Shown here: positions 31,951 through 43,210 of the stretch, one piece after another
Layout of the letters: every line of letters starts with the position of its first letter
Position numbering within the stretch: position 1 is the stretch's first letter
Assembly: GCF_009834535.1 (NCBI RefSeq)
Contig: NC_045729.1
Span: 17,112,001 to 17,176,000 of the forward strand
Length of the DNA stretch: 64,000 bases
Source of the DNA: Camelus ferus
Taxonomy: Eukaryota
Reading direction: 5' to 3'
Made by a program: the position numbers and the translations under genes
The notes under the pieces: generated by a model
What the model was told of the DNA's origin: nothing
Database searches by the model: none
The model's input: the letters and a program-made list of their open reading frames with translations, nothing else

Positions 31951-32559
31951 GGGTGGCCCAGGGGGTGGGGCGGGATGGCCCTGCGGACTGGGCTCCTGGT
32001 GATCAGTGTCACCTGCAGGAAGCCTTGGCTTTTTTTCTGGCAGGTGGCTTTTTTCTTTTATTTTGGTGGACAAACCAGATTGTCTTGTTCAAGGACTTGA
32101 GGAAGAGTTTTGAGGTCCCAGGTGGTGGTGGAGGAGGCAGGGACATGCTTTGTGTTCTGTGGTCCTCGGCTTCGTCAGAGCCAGAAGGCAAGGCGTTTCC
32201 TCCTGGCTCGCCATCCTGTGATGGTTTCCTTGGGCTGAAGCCCTGGTTTCATGTTGAACTTTGGATGAAAATTCCTCTATAGAGGACTTATCTCAGTAAG
32301 GGATGTGCTTGCCTGGGGCCCCCAGGAGGTTGGTTATTTGGGAACTGACATCAGACGTATTTCATCAGCTTGTGAGCTGTATGTATTCTCCTCTGATCAG
32401 TAGGCAGCCTAAGGAAATACATTTATCAACATATCTATCCATCCATCCATCCTTCATTCACTTCTCCATTTCTCCATATCACAATGATCCTTTAAAGATG
32501 ATCTGCCCTTGCCATCCCCTCCAAAACCGTCTCCTGCCCCTCCCTCCCTCCCCCGTCTG

Positions 32560-32830
32560 CTCTGCTTAAATGCTGCCTCCTTCTAGACATCTTCCCTGAC
32601 CGTCTTAGATGAAGTTCGCTCACCCCCATCTCTCAGTCCCTTGACCCTGCTTGATGTCTCTTCATCATACTTATCATCTGAAATAACACGGTAGACTTAC
32701 TTGTCGTTCATCTGTGCCCCTACCGGCTCCGTAAAGGCAGGGGTCCTGTTTGGTTCACTGCTGTATCCTCAGCCCCTGGCACGGAGTCTGGCACATAGTA
32801 GGAGCTGAACAAGTGTTAGTTGAATACATA
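32560..32830 (+). mobile_element. L2 3' end
   Basis: ggttcactgctgtatcctcagcccctggcac...ctggcacatagtaggagctgaacaagtgttagttgaat. Confidence 0.75.
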
Positions 32831-32834
32831 TGTG

Positions 32835-32955
32835 ACGTCCCTGGGCCTCAGGTTCCTCATCTGCAAAATAATGGTACACCCACTGGGTCGTTAGACAGGG
32901 CAATGGGAACATCTCACATAATGTCTGGTATACAGTAGGTGCTCAATAAACACCC
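32835..32955 (+). mobile_element. MIR remnant
   Basis: gggcctcaggttcctcatctgcaaaat...acagtaggtgctcaataaa. Confidence 0.65.
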
Positions 32956-33479
32956 ATTATGGTGATAGGAAAAAGGTGTCATGCTGAGGGTTGGGGTGAC
33001 ATTCTCATCAGAAACCTGTTTTGTTAGATTCACGTTAATGCCACCCCTGAACTGGAAGGGATCCCGGAGGTCATTCATCCGTTTTTCTGTCCCCAGGAGG
33101 GCGTGTGGCCTGGCTCAGGCCCCTGTGCTGACCTGTGCTGCTTATCCAGACTCTCACCAGGGGCCCCGCCTCTCTCTAGTCTTTCTGCCAGTGTAGGGAC
33201 GTGTGCTCTTTTAGGGCCACTTGGGGCTGCCTTGCTGTGAGGGTGCTTTCCCTTTTGGGAACCCAAAGCTCTCTTGGTGCCTCTGATGGGGTCTGGTGGG
33301 AAGGTTTCTCGAGGTAGTGGTGTGTTTTGAAGGCTGTACAAGATGCTTGTGGCATGACCCCTGTGAGAGGCTGTGGGCCAGGCACCTTCTCTGGGTGTCA
33401 GGGACTCAGGGAGCATCGGGGAGTGGAGGCCTGGGCCTCGGGTGGCTGCTGAGCTGGGGAACAGCATCCTTCTCCAGAG

Positions 33480-33670
33480 GTGGACTCGGGTCTGAATACA
33501 GGTGTTCACAGCCCAGGTCTGGCGCCTGCCAGCCTCACGACCTTGGGCAAGTGACTCAGTCCTTTTGAGTCGGAGTTTCCTTGTCTGTAAGAATGGAAAA
33601 CAATACATTTTTCATTGGGTTGCGATGAAGATGAAACAAGACAGCTAAGTAAAGTGTCTAGAACAGTAAC
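33480..33670 (+). mobile_element. MIR remnant
   Basis: ccttgggcaagtgactcagtcc...gtttccttgtctgtaagaatgg. Confidence 0.7.
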
Positions 33671-33702
33671 CGTGAGGAAGAGTTACTGCTGTTGTTATTA
33701 TG

Positions 33703-33995
33703 TACAGTTGCCAGATTCAGCAAACGGAAATTCAGGGTGCTTATTTCAATTTGAATTTCAGATCAGTGATAAATGATTTTTAGCATAAGTGTGCCCTATG
33801 TAATATTGGGAACATGTCCTAAAAATGATTGGTCTGGGAGGGAGCATGTGGTTAGCATGCACGAGGTCCTGAGTTCAATCCCCAGGACCTCCACTGAAAA
33901 AACTAAATAAACAGACCTGATTACCGCCCCCCCCCCGCAAAAAAAGCCTAAAAAGAAAAATCTATTGGTCTGAAATTCAAATGTTACTGTCCTTG
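33703..33995. mobile_element. MER53 palindromic hAT MITE, interrupted by a SINE
   Basis: Start ttgccagattcagcaaa matches the recalled MER53 TIR. Inverted arms TTTGAATTTCAGA (33750-33762) and TCTGAAATTCAAA (33969-33981). Confidence 0.8.
33837..33963 (+). mobile_element. Vic-1-like SINE lacking the A box
   Basis: B box region GAGTTCAATCC and tail present. TSD ATTGGTCTG at 33828-33836 and 33964-33972. Confidence 0.85.
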
Positions 33996-34574
33996 TACCT
34001 TTCACTACTTCTGCGAAGCATCCCCGCGATGTTCGCTGCCCTCCGGCACGTTTTATTGTAGGTTGCTACTGGATTTTCCTGCCTTCGGCTGGGAATTAGG
34101 AGGGACCAGAGGTAGCTCTTAGGACTGACCAGTGTGGGACGGGGGCGTGGAGCATGCCCTGGACTGTTGTCGCTGTTGTGTAACTGCCAAAAGCTCCCCC
34201 CTCCCACCCCCAACTCCGGCTTCAAGGCCTAGTGAACTCTTCTTTCCTGGGGTGTCCCCAAGCTACTCAGCCTCCCCCAAGTCCCCTCTGTCACCAGAGT
34301 CTCCACCTCTCACGTAGCCGTTGTGTCTTACTGTCTCGCAGTGTTTTCTTTTTCTCCCTCTCTTTTCTAAAAGTATTCGTTTGGGCAACTCTGATGCAAA
34401 GAGTTGAGTCAATCACAGTTCTCAGTCACGACGCGGACGTGTTATTACCACTGGTCTGCACGCGGACCTTCTTGTCGCTCATTTAAGTTCCCTCTGCCCT
34501 TCACTGCCTGCTCCCTCCGCAGGCGACACTGCCTTGTGTTTCTGGAAATGTATAGTGTCTTTTTCTGCTTTATG

Positions 34575-34900
34575 CAATTTTTTTCATCAAAACAATAGAC
34601 TTTATTGTTTAGAACAGTTTCGAATTTGCAGAAAAACTGGACAGAGAGTCCGCCTCTCCCGTGTACCCAGCTTCCTCTGTTATTAACAGTAACGTCTACA
34701 CGGACATGGTACCTCTGTCACAGTCAGTGAGCCAATGTGGATACGCTGGCATTAACTAAGATGCCTACTCTGTTCAGATTGCCTTAGTTTTTACCTCCTG
34801 TCCTTTTTCTGTTGCGGCCCGGATCCCATATTCTGTGTAGTTGTTGGGTCTCCTTAGGGCTCCTCTTGGTGGCGATGGTTTCTCCAAACTGTTCGCACTT
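34575..34900 (-). mobile_element. L1MC/L1MB-type 3' end, antisense
   Basis: tagactttattgtttagaacagtttt...gggtctccttagggctcctcttgg...gtttctc. Confidence 0.65.
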
Positions 34901-36773
34901 TTAATTTTCCTGAGAGGCACTGAGTTTTACAGCCATTCTGCTTCTTACCCTTTCCCCTCTGCGCTTTTTCAGACCATTCACCTTCTGCACATGCATCTGA
35001 TCCATTTCTTTCCCTAATGGGTGATCGCTAGTCTGCCTCATCACTCCCCTCACGATCGTGGGCACCCAGGTTGCCTCCAGCTGTGTTGCCTTTCAGTCCA
35101 GCAAGGTTGAGAATGAATTGTCACCTCCTTCTGGACCCTGGTCCCATGATCTTCTCCACCAGCCCCCAAGCCATGCTGGTGATAAACGCTGGTTAGAGCT
35201 GGAGACCGTGAGGGTCTGCACAACTTTCTGGGGACCTGTTAGGGTCTGAACGATTCTTCTCTGTGTCAAGATGCCCAGCCTCTGGCCTTGAGCAGCAGCC
35301 TGGAACGGGCCCCTCACAGGTGTGGCGACATTGTTCGGCTGCACCTGGTGGCCGTCTGGGGAGCAGGTGCAGCCGCCCCACCTGCTCCGCCGTCCCCGCT
35401 CTTCTGGGCTGGGTTCTGGTTTCTCTTTGATTTTAAGACAATGGAGAGGAAGTGGCGCTTCTATCAGAGATCCCTTAAAACTATTCCCTCAGCCTTTCAG
35501 ATGAAAAGAACTTCGTACACACCAAACCCTGGCTGATGGAGTATCGTGGGATTCATTTTGGACCCTGGTTGGTGTCTAGACGTGCTTTAGACAGGAGAAC
35601 TGGTACCTCACCTTGCGTTTGGTGTTTCGCTTTTCATTTGGTGTGTGTATGTCCACGTGTTGACATTGCACATGTTTGTATTTTCCAGACTAGTCAGTGT
35701 CTATTGGATGACTAGACCACAGTTTGCTCTGTTTTCTTATGTTTGGCCAGTTGATTAGAATTTCATCTGAAGACCTAGTGGGGATGCCTGTGGGTGACAG
35801 AGGTCCCTGCATCCTCACTGCCAATTTGCATAAACGAGGGCCTCCTGTTTGGAGTTGGGCGTCGCTGCCAAACGGGAGGCTAATGCAGGCAGTTGAGGGA
35901 CTCGCCCAGCCTTGAGCCTCCAGGCAGCCTGTAGAGTCGGTGGGCTGAACAAGGCCTCCCATGACCCACCTCCTCCCGACCCCCTGCCCTGACCCAGGGA
36001 ACCGGAAGGACAGAGGCAGAGACCCACATGCTTGGGTGGCACCGTGGGGAATCTCGGGGGTGGGTGAGCCCCCGAGGCAGGAGCGTGTGTTGCACTTGGT
36101 GGGCCGGGAGGGCATGTTTGTGGCCTTGTGTGTAAAGACCTTCTCCCAGCCCGCAGGCCCTGAAATTCCAGCAGGCATGGCCCCAAAACTTCATCTCGTG
36201 GGCCACTGATCATCCCAACTGGGAATGGGGAGAGGGCATTGCCGGGAGGCCTGGTGCCCCCTTGCTTGGTGCTGGCTCTCCTGGGATTAGGGCACCGGAG
36301 AACCGGCAGCAGAAGCTGCCTTTAATCAGCCTGGTCTGGCATCTCCGCAGGCCCAGGGGCTGCTCCCGGCAGAGTCAGGCATGGGGCAGGGGCGGAGTGC
36401 CCGCTGGGAGGCCCCAGGGGTCCATAGCTTCATGCCTTGGTGTTGGGAACCCAAGAATGGCCAGATTCCTGCTCTCTCTCTGCAGAGAGGAGACCCCCTC
36501 CCCAAAGGGCATAGGATGTCTCTGACACTGACTCCTCACTCACTCCACAGCCCTGATATCTGACGTCTCAACCCGAAGTACTGTGCCGAGCCAAAGGAGA
36601 CACCTGGAGGACACTTGGGGGATGGGACTCATGACCTCCCAGTGGGGCTCATTTAGGAGGGGAAGGTGGTGGGCCGGGAAAGTCAGAACACTGCCTCACC
36701 TTCAAACTGGAGGCCACTGTTCTTGACCTTTGTCATCACCCCTCTTTCTCACCTCTTTTCCAGGAAGAGTTTT

Positions 36774-36898
36774 TTTTTAAGGCTCTGCATTATTTATTTA
36801 TTTTATAAATTAATTTATAGAGGTACTAGGGATTGAACCCAGAACCTCACGCTTACTAAGCATGCCCTTTACCACTGAGCTATTACCCCTCCCCCTCC
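36774..36898 (-). mobile_element. Vic-1-like SINE, antisense
   Basis: Reverse complement contains TAGCTCAGTGG and GGTTCAATCC. TSD GAAGAGTTTT at 36764-36773 and 36899-36908. Confidence 0.9.
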
Positions 36899-39863
36899 GA
36901 AGAGTTTTCACACATCTGATTAACAGCTGATGGGAACATCCGTCCTCCTAGGCCTTTGGACAGAGGTGGGGCAACTTTGAGAAATTGCTCTGTCTTTAGA
37001 GTGTGGTTTAGTTGGCAGCTTTAAGGAAGGAAGCCAGCCAGCTCTCCTGGGTGCCTTCTGAATCCCTTGTATCACGGGATTGCTTCCACTTGTGTGCCCT
37101 TCTTCAGACCCCACGAATATCCTGCCAGGCAGGTGTCAGTCCCATCTTTGTAAGGAGACCGGTTGCGAGGGGCTAGCTGCTCAGCCTCGGTGACACCCGT
37201 GAAGTGGCCCAGCTGGGATCTCAGACCTTCCAGGGGTCTTTGCCATCCCGGGGACGAGTGACGAGCCCTTGATGGCGGTTTCCTGTTCTGCCTTCCCCAG
37301 AATCACAGAGGTTCTCTGCAGGGGCCAGGAGTTACTGACCCAGAAAGGGACTGATTTAGGGGGCACCTTGTCCTCCTTAATAGAGGCCCATGGGGATCAG
37401 AGGAGTAACCGCCACCTGTCCTGGGCTTTTCGCCGTCCTGGAGGCTGCCCCAGGCCGGCCCTGGGTGACTGCTGCTCCTTACATGGTATCAGCCCGCAGC
37501 CCCGCAGATCAGACACCCAGAGCTGCACTGCCTTCTCTGACTCATAAAGAGCCTGTGTTGAAACAGCGTCTCCCAGCTCTTGCTTTGCAGGGAAAACGAG
37601 GACACAGGAGATTCCTGAAACCTTGGGGAAGCCTTGCTGCGTGCTTTTCTAGGGTGACAGTGTCCCCTGGAGGTCTTCCTGTCCGTGGCTCTGCCTCAGG
37701 CCCCGGGCAGGCTTCAGGTGCTGGAGTGAGGGGAGTGGTGTATTTCTATGGGGTGGGAGTCCCCACACCGCTGTTGACACCATTATGAGATGAGTCTGTT
37801 TCCTCCTTGGGATGGGACGGGGGTTTGCGTTCTTAAGAAAGGCTACAGGGAGCACACGGAGAACGCGAAGTCGGCGTTTAATGAGGCCCCAGTCCATCCC
37901 GTTTCTTGGTGATGCTCCCGGGCTGTCACAGGTGCGGGTGGCGGCCCCATGGCTGCCGGCTTGCGCTAATGACCGGGGAAGACGTGTTGATTTCCCCCCC
38001 GGCTTTGGACGTGTTCCTGTCCCACATGCCCCGCCCTGAAGCATCCCGCTGGAGCCTAGGGCCGCTCACCTGCCTCTTTCCAGCCCCTGGGGGACTTCAG
38101 GGAAGACGACAGAGACAGTCCCAGCAGCCCTGCCCTGGGGACCGCACAGCTGAGCGGAGCGGAGCAGGGCTGCGTGGATCTGGTCTCCGAGGGGAGGCCT
38201 CCGGGCAGCCTGGGGGTGGGGATCCAGAGAGAAGCAAGGGGGGCTCGTGCTCCCCAGCCTCTTCCAGCGACTCTGCAGGGGGGCGTTTGGCCGACGGGGT
38301 CACCCCGCCACCCAGATAAGCGCTGCCCTGCTGACGAAAGAAACTGGCCTAGTGGAGAGTGGGCCCAGGGGTTAAACAGAGGGGGAAGGGCTGGGGTGCA
38401 GCTCTTCCTCAAGTCTTTTACGCCTGGCGTCTTCCTTTGACTGGCAAGCTTCCAGTGGTCCTAGGATTCCTCAAAAGGAGGAAGGAGGGGGCTGGAAGGA
38501 GGTCCTGGGCTTTGACGGTCCTGTCCTCCCCTGCAGTGGCAGTGAGCAGGCATCAGAGGTTGACCTGCTTAGGGCTTCTGGCCTGTGCACCCCTTGCCTG
38601 GCATGTGTTTTGCTGGTTTCCTGTTACCAGGTGTGGTCTGTGAGGGATGAGGAAAGGGGGTCATGGGGATATTATAGCTGGAAGAGCTTGGAAGGGCTTG
38701 AGATGTCTCTCAATTCCGTAAGAGTGCGGGAACCGACGTCCAGGGGATGTGACTTGCCCAGGCTCACACTGCTGGTTATGCCTTAGGCACCCGAGATCCT
38801 GACTGCAGGGAGTCTGTGCGAACAGACAGGTCCAGGAGGTGAGCTCCTTCTGTCGGTTCCAGCTTCCGTGCGGCTGGGTGGCTGTCCCCCTGGGAGGCTG
38901 GGGTCTGGTGCTGTTGGATGACTGTTGGGGGTCTGTGGCTGGTTCTGCCTTGACGCTCTGCCACGCTGGTGGTTCAATATTCTGAGTATCACTTCTGCTT
39001 GTCCTTTCATTTGCATCCATCTCAGTGTTCGGTGACCAGAGGGTCTGGGGACAGTGGGTCCCCGTCCTGCTCGTCGTCCCTCTCACAGCAGTGCTGGGTA
39101 TTTCTGGCTCTGAGACAAACGTGGAGGAAGGCCTTCATCTACTTGTCATTCGATAAGTTCAAAGTCTTTGTCAGCCAGACTCTGCTCGGGCAGTCACTTC
39201 AGCTGTAAAGACACCCAGAAGGAAAGCAGCTGCCAGAGGACACCCGCCTGGCTCTGTCTCTGCACCGCCCCCCCCCCCCCCCCCGCCTGCCTCTCATTTA
39301 GCAGACGCTCATCTACGAGGCGCCATGTCCTGGGCGGGGGAGCTGATGACACGGAGGGCCTCTAGTCTCTCAGGGGAAGCGGGCCTGAGCCCAGAGAGTC
39401 CCACAGTCAGGTCTGCAGATGTGGGAAGAGCGTGCTGGGAGAGGGGCCAACGGTCTGGGAGGCGGGGAGGAGCCTTCCCCCTGCCTGGAAGCTCTAGGCT
39501 ATGTGACCTCCCCTCCCCCGGCCCCAGGTGCCCGGGGCCCAGCGGCTGTGTCCACTGCTCCCTGATCTCCAGGAAGGGTCGGCCCCCTGCAAGCTGGGAT
39601 GCTGGGGAGGAGGTACAGGGTGAGGAAGCTTAGCTGACGTTAAGTGGTACATGTGGAGTCTTCTTTGAGCCTCTGAGGTCTAGAGACATCTGTTGGTTGC
39701 ATCTGGTACTCAGTAGATGGTGAGGATGGTTCTGCACCCCCAGCCTTAAGTGTCCCCTTCTCTTCACTGCAGACAGGGTCTTCCTGCTCCCCGGGATCAG
39801 CTCATCAGGCTGCCCCGATTCCTTCTCTCTGGTGACCCCTGGGACTTTGTGGCAGCATCGGGG

Positions 39864-40345
39864 TTTTTAAACCTCGGTGGTTTTGTGTATAGAATTCATA
39901 AGCTTGGATGGTAGAAAACTGCACTTTCCCCCCCACCAACATTTAGCTGGAACACAGCATTTACTTCAGTTAAGGATATAGACACAGACCCACGTTACTG
40001 TGAGTCCCTGTGAGGCTGTCACCATGGAAGCCACACGTAGATTTGTATCATGGTGTGGTGGCCGTGCGAACCTCTAAGATCACTTCACTCATCACCATTG
40101 TGAAGCTGTGGCAGGTTTTAGATGTGCGGCTGGGTCTTGCTGTTTGATGAGTTGTTGGAGAAGCAAGTGTATCGCTGTGTCACAAGTTTGTACTTAAGTA
40201 TTTTGATATCTTTGTTTCTATACATAGTGAGTCACCTCGTTATCCTGTGTAATTATTTTATGCATCTAAAAACATCCTGAGAAGGGATCCATAGGCTTCA
40301 TCTGACCGTCCTAGGGCTTCAGACCCCAAAAAGGATTATGGCGCC
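39864..40345. mobile_element. Non-autonomous hAT-Charlie DNA transposon remnant (MER113/MER102-like)
   Basis: ttttatgcatctaaaaacatcctgagaagggatccataggcttc...aaaaagg resembles Charlie-family ends. Subfamily uncertain. Confidence 0.55.
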
Positions 40346-42699
40346 ATGAACACAACCCCGAACCTAGGAGAAGCTCAGGCAGTGAGTTGGATGACCACCC
40401 TGCCTGGCTGCCGTGTGGAAGGGAGATCAGATGAGGGCACCCACCAGGCTGCTCTCTGGAGGCTGCCCGGCTCGGAGAAGGTTCCCGAGGGGTCCTGAGG
40501 CAGCGGCATGATGTGCAGGGCCTGGTGACTGAGCGCACCTGTGGTGTCAGCCGGCCCCTCTGGGCTGCTCTGGGACTGCTTGGCTTGGTGCCCGTGGAAG
40601 CGTGTAGTTTGACCCATAATGTGCTTGAACCCAAGAAGGAAATGGAGCAGAAAGAAGGTTGGGCTGGGCACCAGAGCACCTGGGTCCTGGGTCCCGTGCT
40701 GCCACCAGCTGGCTTCTTTCTGGACCTCGACTTCCCCGCCTGGGAAAGGAGAAGGCTGGGCATACTCAGGGGTTCTCAAACTGTGCCTGAAAGTCCTGGC
40801 TTTCCGTGGCTTAGACTGACGTGGTCTCCGCTAACATAAAAATGGATACTGTTTTCTCCATGTATGAAAACACTGCACTGATAAAGATACTTTTCTCGAT
40901 TTAAAATGGTTCCTACATAAAATTGTTCTTTTCCTTCAACCTGGCTGTTGTCAGTGAGTGATTATTGAGGGCACGGGAAGTGGATGAGACGCAGAAAAAT
41001 ATTCATGGGAAAACTGAGAATTGGCCATTCGTGTTTAATTTTGCATTTGGTTTTGGTTGTGATTTTCTGTTGTCTGTCCTGTAAGTTCTTCCACCCAAAT
41101 GGTTCCCAGTTTGAATGTTGGAATTAAGCATGCTGGTGATTTAAGGACTTTTGTAAAGGGTTCTGCAGGGAGCACTGTGCCCTGGGCGGGTTCCCCCAGC
41201 TCCGGCGGATTTCCCGGGCTGAGCAGGGTGATGGCCTTTCTCCAGGAGAAATAATGTGCCTGTTTCCATCCAGGCCACAAACAAGCAGCAGATCCCCTGC
41301 ATTGCCCGCCTTCCCTGTTATGTGCTCCAGGACTAGCAGGGAGGACCAGCCGCTGGTTCAGCAGGAGCAAGAGGAAGACGAGCTGGCAGCAGTGTCAGCT
41401 AATTGTCAGCCGTGTCACTATCTGCTGCAGTGGACAGTGCCCGGTGGAGACCCCACCTGCCCTCGTCCCTCCATCCCTCCCGACTTGCCTGGGGGCTCAG
41501 TGAGGCCGGCGCCTGTCTGTCTCCCTGGCAAGTTTCAAGAAATTGATGAGTGTGGCTTAGGGGCACCTCGGGAACCCTTGGTCCACTGCGTTGTCTTCCA
41601 GAACGTGGTCACCGTCCCTCGGGCATCGCTGGTCTGGGAGCCTCTCTGCTGCATCCCACCCCTACGGCCGGCAGCTCGACTCTGCAGCTCAGCAGCCAGA
41701 GGGCCTGGGTGGGGCCTGGACTGGGGACCACTCGTGTTCCTGTCGCTGTCTTGTTGAGTTTCCGCGGGGGATCTGTTGCTTCAGGCGTCGGTCTGGGGGG
41801 CTGGGGGGGGGTGTGTCTGGCCGTAGATGGCCTCCCTCCTCTCTGAGCTCTCTGGCCCAGGGAGCTTACACTTAGCTCATCCTCAGGCCCTTGGAGGGCC
41901 CAGGCTTCCCAGGCCGCAGGGAGGGCCTGTGGGTTTAGCACCTTCTCGGGATCAGGAAGTCAGAAGGAGTGGAATTCGGAGAGTGTGCTGTTCGGTTGTT
42001 TTCTTTGTCAAGTGCAGACACGGGAACCCCTAAAGGCTTCGGAGCTGAAGCCGGAGCCCCAGAGTTTGTGCAAGTTTGCTGCTGGCTCCCTGCCTACCCT
42101 GCCCGGGTAGTCCGTGGTCACGGCGCTTTGCCACGTGTGGTCTCGCCGTGCGCCCTGGAATTGGATGGGGTACATTCAGACTGAGCCGGCCGGGGCCTGT
42201 GAGCAGGGCTCCCAGGCAGAGCGTAGAGAACTCGGGGGGAGCTCTCTCCTGCCCGTCACCGGGGTGTCCCTGGTGGCAGCAGGTAGTGGGAAGAGCCCCG
42301 GGTGCAGAGGGCAACAAGCTAGGTCGCTGATGTGGCCTTCGCCACGCCAGGTCCGTTTCTTTATCCGAGACCTGCAGCCGCACCTGCTGTGGGTGAAGGT
42401 ACCTCGCACGTTGCAGGATGCCCTGGAATGAGGTGCCTTCATTTCCCCAGGTCTCGGTAGGGATGGCGTGGGCTCTGCCTGGGGCCCAAGGTGGCTCTCC
42501 CACCTGCCACATGTTGCTTTAATTTTCCGATATTTTTACCCTCCCTGTGAGCTGAGTTGAATTTCCCTCACACTCTCTGTATAAAGGAACGTGCTAATGT
42601 GTGGCTTAGGCCTCCCAGAAGGGAGGAGTGGTGGGAGCTCACTGTCTAGTCAGGGAAATGAGATGCAGTCAGGAAGGCACGGATGCCGATTGCTTATTT

Positions 42700-43210
42700 T
42701 CTGGGTTCCTCTGGCAAAAGATCTCACAATTTCCATTATTTTAATACTGCGATCCTGATTTTGAACACCACTCCTTGCTGGTTTCATGATTTTAGGCATA
42801 CCCGTTTACCATTTATACTGTTATTTGCTGAATGTTTTGGTTAAGTTAGTTCACTTTTTAAACTTACATTTATTTTAAAATGAGATATTATAAGTTACCA
42901 TCCGTGGAGCACCAATGCCACCTGCCAATAAACAGCAAATAGCTACAAAGATAAACCACAACAGAAACACAGTAACATCACTCATTTCTGGCTGGAGGCT
43001 GCTGGCTGCGCTCTTGGTTGAGAAGGAAGCTCATTATGTTGTACACCTGAAACTAATATAACATTCTAACATAAATGTCAATTACACCACAATTAAAAAA
43101 TAGAATAAATGATTAAAAAAATAAGGAAGGTTAGGAAGCGCCAGAGAGGTTAAAGATACGTTGACACCAAATGGAGCCTTTATCTTTTCAGGATAATTGA
43201 AAGGGGACTA
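42700..43210. mobile_element. Charlie-type remnant carrying a short sense L1 3' tail (about 43030-43120)
   Basis: L1 tail cattatgttgtacacctgaaactaatataaca...aattaaaaaa, flanked by AAGGAAG repeats. Confidence 0.45.

Noticed and set aside
31105-32073. 322-aa minus-strand ORF over ANO2 exon 3
   Set aside because: Shadow ORF of a GC-rich coding exon and CpG island. It has no recognisable domain, and the listed start is not an ATG.
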